Shown here: in pieces, positions 27,057-37,333 of the stretch
Layout of the letters: every line of letters begins with the position of its first letter
How positions within the stretch are numbered: position 1 is the stretch's first letter
DNA from: an uncultured archaeon
GTDB taxonomy: Archaea > Iainarchaeota > Iainarchaeia > Iainarchaeales > JAAZKV01
Direction of reading: 5' to 3'
Length of the DNA: 50,509 nt
Assembly (NCBI GenBank): GCA_964461205.1
Contig: CAYWUL010000003.1
Coordinates: 4,232-54,740 of the forward strand
The notes under the pieces: generated by a model
What the model was told of the DNA's origin: nothing
The model's input: only the letters and a program-made list of their open reading frames with translations
Databases searched by the model: none
Translations under genes and position numbers: made by a program

Positions 27057-27214
27057 TTTAATCTTTATCCTACGAAATGATTATAATAGTAGGATTTTAG
27101 TAAGCTTTTTGAACCAAGATACAGGTTTGATTCGAAAAACAAATTTTATAAAGGTATTTTGTTTAATATATTAAGTGGTGAATTAGTTTTTTTAACTATG
27201 AAGGGGTTTTTTAT

Positions 27215-27688
27215 TTGGAAGCAAAACTTGACAAGATAGATCATATTATTCTAGAAGCGTTATTACAAGATGGAAGAGCATCTTTTTCAGCTATTGCTAG
27301 AGAAACCAAGTTAACTGATGTTGCGATAAAAAAAAGGGTTGAATCATTAAAAAGAAGAGGAATTATATCGGGGGTTAGTATTGAACTTAATTATCGTGCG
27401 CTTGGTTATGAAAATCCTATTTTTGTTCAAATTAGAAGTGAAATTTCAAAAAACAAAGATATCATAAAGAAATTAAGTAATATGGATTTTGTTTTAGAAT
27501 TGTATCAAATTTTGGGCGAATATAATTTGATTGCAAAATTAATTGTTCCTAATTTAGAAACTGCTGAAAAATTTATTTCTCAACTTGGTTTGATTGATGG
27601 CGTAATAGATCTGAAAACAATGGTTGTTCTTTCGGAACTAAAAAAAGCAGCGTCTTTGCCTTCAAAAACTCTTCAAAATAAAATTTAG
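27215..27688 (+). CDS. Lrp/AsnC-family transcriptional regulator
   Basis: LDKIDHIILEALLQDGRASFSAIA HTH; GEYNL in a RAM-like domain. Confidence 0.92.
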   Translation: MEAKLDKIDHIILEALLQDGRASFSAIARETKLTDVAIKKRVESLKRRGIISGVSIELNYRALGYENPIFVQIRSEISKNKDIIKKLSNMDFVLELYQILGEYNLIAKLIVPNLETAEKFISQLGLIDGVIDLKTMVVLSELKKAASLPSKTLQNKI

Positions 27689-27743
27689 GTTTTTGTCGAA
27701 TTTTCCTCAGGATTTATAATCCTTTTTCTTCCCTCTCTTTTTC

Positions 27744-29825
27744 ATGAAGCTAATTATTTCTGAGAAAGCTATTGCTGGTGAAAGAATTGCTTCCTTGCTT
27801 GCAGATGGTGATGTTCAAAATAAAACTGTTGATGGTGCAAGAGTTTTCGAGTTTAATTGGAAAGGCGAAGAGATAAGATTGATTCCTTTACGGGGCCATA
27901 TTAGTGATGTCGAATTTCCAAAGGAATATTCTAGTTGGACAACAGTTCCTTTAGAAAGTCTTGTTAATGCGCCGATAAAATATTCAAGAAAAGAGTTTAG
28001 GATAATTGATTGTATTTCTTCTTCAGCAACAGAAGCCGATGAAATAATTATTGCAACAGATGCAGATAGGGAAGGAGAAGCTATTGGTTTAGAAGCAGTT
28101 ACCTATGCGTTGCTTGGCAACAAAAACATTACAATAAAAAGAGCATATTTTTCTGCAATAATAAAAGAAGATATTTCTAAAGCATTTGATGAATTAGAAA
28201 AGTTTGATTATAATTTTGCTTACTCCGCTAATGCACGACGAGAAATTGATCTTATTTGGGGCGCAGTTTTAACAAGATTTATTTCTATTGCTTCTGGACA
28301 ACTAGGAAAAAGTTTTCTAAGTGTTGGAAGAGTACAAACACCAACGCTTGCATTGTTAGTTGACAGAGAAAAAGAAAGAAGGGTGTTTAAGAAAAAGAAT
28401 TATTGGGAAATAATTGCAGAATGTGAAAAAAATAAAGAAATATTTTCTGCATCACATAAAGAAGATAAATTTTGGGAAAAAGAAAAAGCCGAAAATGTGA
28501 TAAAAAAAGATATCAAAAAACTAATTGTGAAAAAAATTGATACTAGAAAAAAGATTTTGAAGAAACCAGTTCCTTTTAACACAACCGAATTTTTGAGGGC
28601 TGCGTCGGCAATTGGTATTTCTGCAGGAAAATCAATGAATTTGGCCGAAACCCTATATCAGAAAGGATTTACTTCTTATCCAAGAACCGATAACAAAGCA
28701 TATCCTAAATCTCTTAATTTAAAAGAAATACTCAATAAATTGGCTTCTGTTCATGAGCTAGTGGATAGTGTTCAAAAAGTTTTGGGGCAGAAAAAAATTG
28801 TCCCTAGCGCTGGAAAAGAAACAAAGGATCATCCTCCAATACACCCTGTTACTCCTGTACAAAAAAACGTGTTGAGTCCTGATGAGTGGAAAGTATATGA
28901 ATTAATTTGCCGAAGGTTTTTAGCAACTCTTTATGAAGATGCAGAAACAGAAAATGTTGCTGTTGTGATGGAAGAAAAAGATGAGGAATTTGTTGCAAGG
29001 GGACAAATAATTTTGAAACCTGGTTGGAAATCAATTTATACTTATAGTAAATTAAGTGAAACAATATTGCCTAAGTTAGAAGTTGGTAACGAAATCAAAG
29101 TTAACAAAATTGATTTGTTGGAAAAAGAAACTCTTCCTCCCGCAAGATACAGTCAGGGATCATTAATCAAGTTAATGGAAGACAACAATCTTGGAACAAA
29201 ATCTACTCGTCCAAACATAATACAAAAATTGTATTCGAGAAATTATATTTCTGGAAATAAAAGTATTGAAGTTAGTGAAGTTGCTATGGCAGTAATTTCT
29301 TCTTTGGGAGATCATTGTAGTATTGTTACAAAACCCGAGATGACTTCTCAACTTGAAACTGAGATGAATGAGATTGCTGCTGGCAAAAAAGAATTGAAAG
29401 AAGTTGTTGGAGATTCATCAAATAAATTAGGAGATATTTTACAAACTCTCCAAAAAGGAAAAGAAGATATTCGATTGGAAATTAGAAAATCAATTCATGC
29501 GAGCAATGTTATTGGGCCGTGTAATAAATGTAAGGACGGAAATTTGATTACAAGAAAAGGAAGAACAGGAAAAAGATTTGTTGGGTGCAGTAGTTATCCA
29601 AATTGTAACAATTCATATCCTCTTCCACAAAAAGGAGTTATTACTCCAACAGATGAATTGTGTATTGAATGTAATGAACCAGTAATTAAAGTAAATAATG
29701 GGCGTTTTAATTATAAGATGTGTTTGAATATGACTTGTAAAACAAAGGATTCGTGGACAAAATTTCCAAAAAAGAAGATTGTTAAAAAAAATACGAAGAA
29801 AATAACAAACACAAATAAAAAATAA
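27744..29825 (+). CDS. topA: DNA topoisomerase I (type IA) with C-terminal Zn ribbons
   Basis: IISEK, ATDADREGE, SVGRVQTP, catalytic SYPRTD, HPPIHP, LGTKSTR. Confidence 0.96.
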   Translation: MKLIISEKAIAGERIASLLADGDVQNKTVDGARVFEFNWKGEEIRLIPLRGHISDVEFPKEYSSWTTVPLESLVNAPIKYSRKEFRIIDCISSSATEADEIIIATDADREGEAIGLEAVTYALLGNKNITIKRAYFSAIIKEDISKAFDELEKFDYNFAYSANARREIDLIWGAVLTRFISIASGQLGKSFLSVGRVQTPTLALLVDREKERRVFKKKNYWEIIAECEKNKEIFSASHKEDKFWEKEKAENVIKKDIKKLIVKKIDTRKKILKKPVPFNTTEFLRAASAIGISAGKSMNLAETLYQKGFTSYPRTDNKAYPKSLNLKEILNKLASVHELVDSVQKVLGQKKIVPSAGKETKDHPPIHPVTPVQKNVLSPDEWKVYELICRRFLATLYEDAETENVAVVMEEKDEEFVARGQIILKPGWKSIYTYSKLSETILPKLEVGNEIKVNKIDLLEKETLPPARYSQGSLIKLMEDNNLGTKSTRPNIIQKLYSRNYISGNKSIEVSEVAMAVISSLGDHCSIVTKPEMTSQLETEMNEIAAGKKELKEVVGDSSNKLGDILQTLQKGKEDIRLEIRKSIHASNVIGPCNKCKDGNLITRKGRTGKRFVGCSSYPNCNNSYPLPQKGVITPTDELCIECNEPVIKVNNGRFNYKMCLNMTCKTKDSWTKFPKKKIVKKNTKKITNTNKK

Positions 29826-29895
29826 TATTGAACACAACAACTAAGAACTCTCTTTGAAATGACTTAATTAAAAAACAGTTTTTTTTATTTTTTTT

Positions 29896-29958
29896 GAATA
29901 GGGATTATAAAGCATGGAAAATTAGTTAGCCTGGTGAGCCTACTCATAATCCCCATTC
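29896..29958 (-). ncRNA. Candidate structured small RNA or long hairpin
   Basis: On the - strand GAAUGGGGAUUAUG pairs with UAUAAUCCCUAUUC (14 bp including 2 G-U); relatively GC-rich in an AT-rich intergenic region. Confidence 0.4.
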
Positions 29959-30117
29959 ATCCTCAATTTTTTTTCCTCATCTCTCTTAACTATCCCCTCC
30001 ATAAAATTATACTAGTAATACTCTTTCTGTATTAAAAAGGATTGATACAATTCTACTGTAACAAAAGACACATTTAAATACTGGACAGTGTATCATTTAT
30101 CTTATTGAGGTGTTTTT

Positions 30118-30657
30118 TTGGCCCAAAAAATGGAGGTTGATGACGAAATTCGATTGAACATTCTTAAGGCACTCTTGAGTAAGGGGTGTGTACAGCCCAA
30201 CCTAAGAAGAATAAAGACTTTTACAAAATACCACCTTGCGACAATAAAAGGTTCTATTGATTTCTTACAAAAAGAAGGGATTTTGAAGGGATATGGGCCA
30301 AAAATTGCGTTCTGGAATCTTGGATATAAGCTAGAAGCTGTAGAATTATTACAATTAGATTTTTCAAAGCAAGAACTGGTTGAACAATATTTAGATATTG
30401 CAGAAAAAGACCCTCATGTATATCATTTAAGTTCAGTAATGGGTTCGGGAAATTTTAATGTAATGAGTTTTCAATTTTATTCTGATGTAGAATCTTACCA
30501 CAAAAATTTACAAGAGCGCTATGTAAAAAAAATTCCAAATTATTATGACGTGGTGAAAAATAGACAAGTATTCTATATGGCAGAGCCAACTTTTAAAAGA
30601 GGCTCTAGAACAGATTCAATAATACGTGTGTTAAGAGAAACTGCCGCGTTGGAGTAG
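30118..30657 (+). CDS. Divergent Lrp/AsnC-like regulator
   Basis: N-terminal HTH-like region (LNILKAL...LQKEGILKGY) and a GSGNFNV RAM-like segment; GAGGTG RBS with TTG start. Confidence 0.7.
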   Translation: MAQKMEVDDEIRLNILKALLSKGCVQPNLRRIKTFTKYHLATIKGSIDFLQKEGILKGYGPKIAFWNLGYKLEAVELLQLDFSKQELVEQYLDIAEKDPHVYHLSSVMGSGNFNVMSFQFYSDVESYHKNLQERYVKKIPNYYDVVKNRQVFYMAEPTFKRGSRTDSIIRVLRETAALE

Positions 30658-30663
30658 TTCAAA

Positions 30664-31461
30664 ATGGAAATCGAGTTAGACTTAACAAAGAGCTTAGAAG
30701 AAAATGCTACGGCTTATTTCGAAGAAGCAAAAAAAGCAAGAAAAAAAATTGAAGGAATAAAAATCGCACAAGAAAAATTTGCAAAACAAAAGAATACAAA
30801 AGAAATTGAAAAAAAGCAATTGCAAAAAACTATTGAGCGAAAAAAGAAATGGTTTGAAAAATTCCATTGGTTTATTTCAAGTGATAGTTTTTTGGTAGTT
30901 GGCGGAAAAAGTGCTAAACAAAATGAAGAAATAGTAAAAAACTATATGAAAAAAGAAGATGTTTATTTTCATGCAGAAGTTTTTGGTGCGCCCCATTGCA
31001 TAATAAAAACGCGGGATGAAAAAACAAATAAAATTAAAACAGTGCCAGAAACAACAATGGTTGAAACCGCACAGTTCGCAGCAACTTTTTCTAAAGCATT
31101 TGAATCTGGGCAATCAATAGCAGATGCATATTCTGTAAAACCAGAACAAGTTTCAAAAAAAGCACCAACAGGAACAAGTGTGGGTGCGGGGGCCTTCATG
31201 ATTTATGGTGAAAGAAATTGGTTCAGGAAAACTACTATTGGTTGTGCAATTGGTTATTATCAAAAAGAAAAAATTTTAATGTGTGGTCCAACAAGTGCAA
31301 TAAAAAAGAAATGTATTCATATTTTTGAATTAAGACAAGGGGGCATAGAAAAAAACCTTGCTGCAACAAAACTACAATCAAAATTCAAAGAAAAAGGATT
31401 TGATTTTAAAAATGAAGAAATCCTTTCTTTATTACCAAACGGAAAATTTGAAATCCTTTAA
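30664..31461 (+). CDS. NFACT RNA-binding (Rqc2/NEMF C-terminal) domain protein
   Basis: KSLEENA..YF, KWFEKFHWFISSD, GGKSAKQNE, FHAEVFGAP, GAFMIYGER. Confidence 0.9.
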   Translation: MEIELDLTKSLEENATAYFEEAKKARKKIEGIKIAQEKFAKQKNTKEIEKKQLQKTIERKKKWFEKFHWFISSDSFLVVGGKSAKQNEEIVKNYMKKEDVYFHAEVFGAPHCIIKTRDEKTNKIKTVPETTMVETAQFAATFSKAFESGQSIADAYSVKPEQVSKKAPTGTSVGAGAFMIYGERNWFRKTTIGCAIGYYQKEKILMCGPTSAIKKKCIHIFELRQGGIEKNLAATKLQSKFKEKGFDFKNEEILSLLPNGKFEIL

Positions 31462-31540
31462 CACAAACCCCAGTAAGAAACAAAAAATTGATTAGCTTTT
31501 TAATCCTTTTATTAGTTTTTTAATTAAGAGAGTTGTTTGT

Positions 31541-33919
31541 ATGTCAGAAAGAGAAATAGTCTTACAGGTTCAAGATCCTGATCCAACCCACGTTGGAAGA
31601 AACATAGTTACTCTTGATAAACAAACAAAAATAGCATTAAACATTACTTCTGGAGACATAGTTGAAATTGAAGGAACAAAGAAAACAGCAGCAATTGTGT
31701 GGCCTGCACGTGTAGATGATGATGGAAGACAAATTATTAGAATGGATTCTTTCATAAGGCATAATGCAGGAACTGGTTTGGGAGAAAGAGTAAAAGTAAG
31801 CAAAGGAAAACCGAAAGAGGCAAAAAGAGTTGTTCTTGCTCCTATCGAAGAAGTTAGAATTATTGCTTCTGGTTATGAAAGAATATTAAAAAAATCTTTT
31901 TTAGGAAGGCCATTAACAATAGGAGACAATGTTTGGGTCTCGGTTTTTGGTTCTGGTTTTATTTATCGTGTTGTTGACACACAACCAAGAGCAATAGTAA
32001 AAGTAACTGATGCAACAATTTTTGCACTAAAAGAAAAACCGGTGCAAGATTCTTTAGAAGGAGTTCCAAGAGTTGCATATGAAGATATTGGCGGACTTGA
32101 TGAACAAGTAAAAAAAGTAAGAGAGATGGTTGAATTACCAATGCGTCATCCTGAATTGTTTCAAAAACTTGGCGTTGTTCCTCCAAAAGGAATTCTTTTA
32201 TATGGTACTCCCGGAACCGGAAAAACCCTGCTTGCAAAAGCAGTTGCAAACGAAGCACAAGTTCATTTCATTTCTGTTTCAGCACCAGAAGTAATGGGAA
32301 AATTTGTTGGTGAAGCAGAAGAAAGAGTTAGAAAAATTTTCAAAGATGCAGAAGACAATGCGCCTAGTATAATTTTTATTGATGAAATTGATGCGATTGC
32401 ATCAAAACGAGATGAATCTGTTGGAGAAGTTGAAAGAAGAGTTGTTGCACAATTATTAGCATTAATGGATGGTCTTTCTTCTCGCGGAGAAGTAGTAGTA
32501 ATGGCGGCAACAAACAGAATTAATTCTATTGATGAAGCATTAAGGCGACCTGGAAGATTTGACAGAGAAATAGAGTTTGGAATTCCTGATAGAAAAGCAA
32601 GAAACCAAATTCTTAGTATTCACACAAGAGGGATGCCTCTTGCAAAAAATTATTCTCCATTATCAAAGGCAAACGAAATGAGTAAGATTGAAAATGAGAT
32701 TTATGAATTACTTGAAAAAAACAAGACACTTGATGCGGTTGCTGTTTATGAAAACTATATACAAAATCTGCATGAAAAAAAATCTATGAATGAAATATTT
32801 GATACACTAAGAGAAATGGCGGATAAGAAAATAATTAAAAGAAAGGATTTTGATTTAGAATACTTCGCCGACCTAACGCATGGTTTTGTTGGAGCAGATT
32901 TACAAGCCCTATCAAAAGAATCAGCAATGAAAGCATTGCGAAGATATCTTCCTGAAATAGAAAAGTTAGAAGATGGGGAAGCTATTCCTGTTGAAATACT
33001 CGAATCGTTAAAGATTACAAAAAAAGATTTTATTGAAGGATTAAAAGATGTTCAGCCTTCTGCTCTAAGAGAAGTTGCAATAGAAATCCCAAATGTAAAA
33101 TGGGACCAAATAGGGGCACTTGATGAAGTAAAAGATGAATTAAAACAAGCAATTGAATGGCCATTAAAAAATCCACAATCCTTCAAGGATATGGGAATAA
33201 GTCCTCCGCGGGGAATTTTGTTGTATGGCCCGCCCGGGACAGGAAAAACCTTGCTTGCAAAAGCAATTGCTACAGAAAGTGAAGCAAATTTTATTTCTAT
33301 TAAGGGCCCAGAATTATTGAGTATGTGGGCTGGCGAAAGTGAAAAAGCAGTTAGAAAGATTTTTAGAAAAGCAAGACAAGTTGCTCCTGCAATAATTTTC
33401 TTTGATGAGATTGATGCAATGGCATCAAAAAGAGGAAGAGATGCCGGCAACAATGTTACTGAAAGAATGGTTAATCAATTATTAACAGAATTAGATGGAG
33501 TAGAATCATTACATGATGTAGTATTTATTGCTGCAACAAATAGACCAGATTTAATTGACCCTGCTTTATTGAGACAAGGAAGAATGGACAAATTGATAAT
33601 GGTTCCGGCGCCAGATGAAAAAGCAAGAGAAAAAATTCTTGAAGTTCATTCAAAAAAAGTTCATTTAGGAAAAGATGTAAAATTAAAAGAACTTGCACAA
33701 AAAACAAAGGGATTTTCAGGAGCTGATTTAAGCGGACTTGTACGAGAAGCAGCATTACTTGTTTTGAAAGAAAATAAAATGAAAGCGGGTCCAATACAAA
33801 TGAAACACTTTGAAGAGATTTTGAAAAAAATTAATCCAACTATTGATGAAGAAAGTGAAAAAGCATATGGCGAATTCAAAGAAAAAGCACTTGACTTTCG
33901 TCCAAGTTATGTTGGCTAA
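31541..33919 (+). CDS. cdc48: Cdc48/VCP-family AAA+ ATPase
   Basis: N domain plus two AAA modules ([31 protein letters not shown]). Confidence 0.97.
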   Translation: MSEREIVLQVQDPDPTHVGRNIVTLDKQTKIALNITSGDIVEIEGTKKTAAIVWPARVDDDGRQIIRMDSFIRHNAGTGLGERVKVSKGKPKEAKRVVLAPIEEVRIIASGYERILKKSFLGRPLTIGDNVWVSVFGSGFIYRVVDTQPRAIVKVTDATIFALKEKPVQDSLEGVPRVAYEDIGGLDEQVKKVREMVELPMRHPELFQKLGVVPPKGILLYGTPGTGKTLLAKAVANEAQVHFISVSAPEVMGKFVGEAEERVRKIFKDAEDNAPSIIFIDEIDAIASKRDESVGEVERRVVAQLLALMDGLSSRGEVVVMAATNRINSIDEALRRPGRFDREIEFGIPDRKARNQILSIHTRGMPLAKNYSPLSKANEMSKIENEIYELLEKNKTLDAVAVYENYIQNLHEKKSMNEIFDTLREMADKKIIKRKDFDLEYFADLTHGFVGADLQALSKESAMKALRRYLPEIEKLEDGEAIPVEILESLKITKKDFIEGLKDVQPSALREVAIEIPNVKWDQIGALDEVKDELKQAIEWPLKNPQSFKDMGISPPRGILLYGPPGTGKTLLAKAIATESEANFISIKGPELLSMWAGESEKAVRKIFRKARQVAPAIIFFDEIDAMASKRGRDAGNNVTERMVNQLLTELDGVESLHDVVFIAATNRPDLIDPALLRQGRMDKLIMVPAPDEKAREKILEVHSKKVHLGKDVKLKELAQKTKGFSGADLSGLVREAALLVLKENKMKAGPIQMKHFEEILKKINPTIDEESEKAYGEFKEKALDFRPSYVG

Positions 33920-34831
33920 TTATTTTCTATGTCCTATTTTTGTGCTGCTAACTTTTGTCCAAACTACTTTTTTTGGTTTTTGTGAACGAACACGAGCAAT
34001 AATTTCGGCTGCTTGATTAATTACTGCTCCAACTTTTGCTTTTGGACTTAATGATGTCACAATAGTCTTGGTAGGGACGGGATGTTTTTTCGCGTTTGCT
34101 TTTTTTTTCGCTAAGAGTTGGGGGTATTCAGAAAACAAGAGTCTCTTTTGTGTCATTAAACGTGTTCTTTGTTTTACTTGATCTCTAAAACTGGTGGCCT
34201 GTCGAAAAATTACTTCTGCATTTCTTACAAATATAATCTTTGATCGATATTTTGCTTGTATAAAAACATCATCTCCCAAGTTTTTTCCGATTGGGAGAGG
34301 ATTTGCTAACAAGAAACTTTTTCTCACAGCAAAACCCATTGCACAAAAAAAGTCATATTCATATTGTTGGACTAACCGCATAACTTCAACTCCAAGTTGG
34401 GATGTTACTCCTCTTTTATTTTTTGGGATAAATGCTGCAGAATTTTTTATTCGGGGGGCTGCGAATTCTGCATTTGGATTTGATTCTAATGCACTAATGA
34501 CGCGATCAATAGTTGTTCGTCTGACTAAAACGTCTGCATCTGAAAAATAAATGTTTTGTGTCCTTGGATTTGTGGCACGTGCAATATGATTTATTGCGGC
34601 ATTCTTGTCTGCTCTTGGTTGTATAATAACTCTTAGTTGTGGGATCTGTTTTGATAATTCAGCGCAAACTTTATTTGTATTGTCGGTCGAGCCATTTATA
34701 CAAATAATTAATTCTTTTTCATTGTCTGGTTGTTTTGTCCAAGCATATGTTGAAGTAAGATTTCTAACTGTTCGTTCAATTGATTCTTCTTCGTTCATTG
34801 CGGCAATGCCGATTGATAAAAATTCAGCCAT
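33920..34831 (-). CDS. Family 2 glycosyltransferase
   Basis: IAAMNEE, NGSTDNT, KNAAIN, FSDAD, GDD, QRTR motifs. Confidence 0.85.
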   Translation of the reverse strand: MAEFLSIGIAAMNEEESIERTVRNLTSTYAWTKQPDNEKELIICINGSTDNTNKVCAELSKQIPQLRVIIQPRADKNAAINHIARATNPRTQNIYFSDADVLVRRTTIDRVISALESNPNAEFAAPRIKNSAAFIPKNKRGVTSQLGVEVMRLVQQYEYDFFCAMGFAVRKSFLLANPLPIGKNLGDDVFIQAKYRSKIIFVRNAEVIFRQATSFRDQVKQRTRLMTQKRLLFSEYPQLLAKKKANAKKHPVPTKTIVTSLSPKAKVGAVINQAAEIIARVRSQKPKKVVWTKVSSTKIGHRK

Positions 34832-34869
34832 ATATTATTCACGTCTGTGACTTAATTAAATTTTTCTAC

Positions 34870-35514
34870 TTAAATAAACCAACCAAATAATAACATTGGG
34901 AATAAAACAGCAGTTATTGGTAATATTATTGCGGCAAACCAAGCAATTGGATTCCATGCAAGAACTTTTTTTCCGTCAAGAACCCAGATTGGTAATAAAT
35001 TAAATAATGCGAAAAAGAAATTTATTCGTGAAGCAGAAATCAAAACAATTTTAATCAAATTATTTGGAAACAAAGGAATTAATAATATCAAAAAAAGCCC
35101 AATTGCAATATTTGTTACTGGGCCAGCAATTGAAATGATTCCGTTTTGTTTTCTAGTAACATTATTCGCAAAAAAATATGTTGCTCCGGGTGCAGCTAAA
35201 ATCCATCCTGTAAGAACTGCAAAAACTACTGCTAGCCCAAGCATTGGGTACCATGCGCGGTATTCAGAAACAAAACCAAAATGTCTTGCTGCTTGTCGAT
35301 GTGCTAATTCATGGAAAATAAATCCTGTTCCAACTGCTAAAAAAGCAATTGGGACTGCAAGTTCTAATGGCAAACTACCCACTAAGTTTCCACTTAATGC
35401 ACTCCCAAGGTCAAGATTAATTAATACTAATGCAAAAGCAACACTAAGAGTTATCCAACTAATAACCAAGTCAATTTTTTCTTGTTTTGAAAAATACCAA
35501 AACGACCTCTTCAT
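34870..35514 (-). CDS. Site-2 (M50) membrane metalloprotease
   Basis: HELAH, AGPVTN, FNLLP...LDG. Confidence 0.92.
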   Translation of the reverse strand: MKRSFWYFSKQEKIDLVISWITLSVAFALVLINLDLGSALSGNLVGSLPLELAVPIAFLAVGTGFIFHELAHRQAARHFGFVSEYRAWYPMLGLAVVFAVLTGWILAAPGATYFFANNVTRKQNGIISIAGPVTNIAIGLFLILLIPLFPNNLIKIVLISASRINFFFALFNLLPIWVLDGKKVLAWNPIAWFAAIILPITAVLFPMLLFGWFI

Positions 35515-35618
35515 GATTAAGTATTAACTTCAATAACTTAATATAATTTTGTAATGCTTTTTCGTTCTTCAACGAAGTTTTGTGAAGCTTTTTAAATGAA
35601 CAGAAACGAATTCATTTT

Positions 35619-35801
35619 ATGAATAAGAGTATTTTTTCAGAAGAAAGAGCACAAATTTCTGTTGAACTAATAATTGTCTTAGCCGCAGTAGTTGCGGTTG
35701 TTTTGGTGTTGGTAAACCAATTACAAGCAACTTCAAATGAAGGTTCGGAGAAATTAGAAAAAACAGCAAAAGAAGTTTTCAGTAAAATTGATGATATATG
35801 A
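35619..35801 (+). CDS. Small pilin with class III signal peptide
   Basis: ERA|QISVELIIVL followed by a hydrophobic helix. Confidence 0.82.
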   Translation: MNKSIFSEERAQISVELIIVLAAVVAVVLVLVNQLQATSNEGSEKLEKTAKEVFSKIDDI

Positions 35802-36214
35802 AAAAGATAACAAAAGGACAGGTTTCATTAGAGTATTTGCTGATAATAACTGCTTTTTTTGCTGCATTGTCAATAATAATTCCGTCTTCAGCCTTTGCGT
35901 TAGAACAATTTCTTTCTGCATCAGACACTATTTTAGCAAAACAAATTTACTCGACAATGGAAGAGCAAAATGAGTTATTTCTTTTCTTAGGAAACAATTC
36001 AAAAAAAGAATTCGAGTTTGTTCCTGCGCAAAAAATAATTCTCAAAACACAAGGAAACAATTTTGAAATCTCTTCACAACAAAAAACATTTTCTTTAACT
36101 CTGCGTGACAACCAAATCTCAAAAGAAAAAGAATTTACGAAAAAATTTAAAATACTCCTAAAAAAAGAAAACGAAAAAATAATTATTGAATTTGAAGAAG
36201 TTTCTGTGACTTAA
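35798..36214 (+). CDS. Pilin-like protein with class III signal peptide
   Basis: TKG|QVSLEYLL. Confidence 0.82.
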   Translation: MKKITKGQVSLEYLLIITAFFAALSIIIPSSAFALEQFLSASDTILAKQIYSTMEEQNELFLFLGNNSKKEFEFVPAQKIILKTQGNNFEISSQQKTFSLTLRDNQISKEKEFTKKFKILLKKENEKIIIEFEEVSVT

Positions 36215-36236
36215 TTAAACTAATTAGTTTAAATAA

Positions 36237-36572
36237 TTAATTCAAATAAACAACAATCCTTATTTTTCTTTCAATTAAAAAATCATCAATAATGATTCCT
36301 TCACTACTAACACTTTCATTTCCGCTTCCTTTCAAAATTTCAGCCCCATCCAAATAAACACTTGCATTTTCAAACAAACTCTTAGTATCTAGAATCATCT
36401 CGCTCTCACTAGGGAAGTCAATTGACCAAACCTTCAACAAATCATTTTCTTGTTGTATTATTAACAATTCTTTTAGTGAATTCTCACTTGGAAGATTAAT
36501 GCACAGTATTGCTATTCCAAATAATAGTATTGAGATTACTGCTTCCATTGTTAGCACAAATCCTTTATTCAT
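36237..36572 (-). CDS. Pilin-like protein with class III signal peptide
   Basis: MNKG|FVLTMEAVI. Confidence 0.75.
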   Translation of the reverse strand: MNKGFVLTMEAVISILLFGIAILCINLPSENSLKELLIIQQENDLLKVWSIDFPSESEMILDTKSLFENASVYLDGAEILKGSGNESVSSEGIIIDDFLIERKIRIVVYLN

Positions 36573-37029
36573 TTAAACAACCTTCTAACAAAACAATTGC
36601 TTTTTCTCCATCTAAAATAACAAAACGTTTTACAGTAACACATTCTTTCTCATTCCTAGCATCAAAGAATATTCTTTCTTCTTTCAAATGCGTTTTTATG
36701 ATTACTTGTTTTACAAAAAAATCATCAATTTGCAATTTATGCATATTTGCAAAATTTGTTCTTGTTAATTCATTACTTTTAATTCTCTTTTTTTCTAAAT
36801 CAAAAACACATGCTCCTAACAAAGAGTTTTCTGTATCAAAGTTTTTTACAAAAGAATCCGCAACAAAAATAGTTTTTTCTTCAAGATAAAAATTTTCAGT
36901 GCTTTTTACTAGTTGTGTTGTGCTGTTTGATAATATTATTACAAAAACAAGCAAACTAAATAGCATTATTGTAAATGCAATTAGCGCGTCTATGGAAAAA
37001 ATAAAACCTTTGTTATGTATAATGATCAT
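36565..37029 (-). CDS. Pilin-like protein with class III signal peptide
   Basis: HNKG|FIFSIDALI. Confidence 0.77.
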   Translation of the reverse strand: MIIIHNKGFIFSIDALIAFTIMLFSLLVFVIILSNSTTQLVKSTENFYLEEKTIFVADSFVKNFDTENSLLGACVFDLEKKRIKSNELTRTNFANMHKLQIDDFFVKQVIIKTHLKEERIFFDARNEKECVTVKRFVILDGEKAIVLLEGCLNE

Positions 37030-37333
37030 TTGTTCTCACAACCAAATTATTTTCTTTTTTGACTTTGGTAATAATAAATAGTTCTTTCTTTTTTTTACCA
37101 ATAGAAATTACTTTATTATTTTCAGCAGAACAATCAACTTCTCTTTCGAAAATATTTGCGGAGTTAGAAAAAAAAGAATCAATGATAGTTGCACATTCTA
37201 ATACAGAATCTTTTTCGCTTAAAGAATTTAATGAATTTTCTAAAACATTGCTTTGGCTGTTAATGCTAGTTAAAATTACTGCAAAACCAGAAAGCAAAAT
37301 TAATAATGCTAAAACTGCGTCCAAATAATTCAT
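37013..37333 (-). CDS. Pilin-like membrane-anchored protein lacking an obvious cleavage motif
   Basis: MNYLDAVLALLILL N-terminal helix; overlaps its neighbours in the operon. Confidence 0.6.
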   Translation of the reverse strand: MNYLDAVLALLILLSGFAVILTSINSQSNVLENSLNSLSEKDSVLECATIIDSFFSNSANIFEREVDCSAENNKVISIGKKKKELFIITKVKKENNLVVRTNDHYT

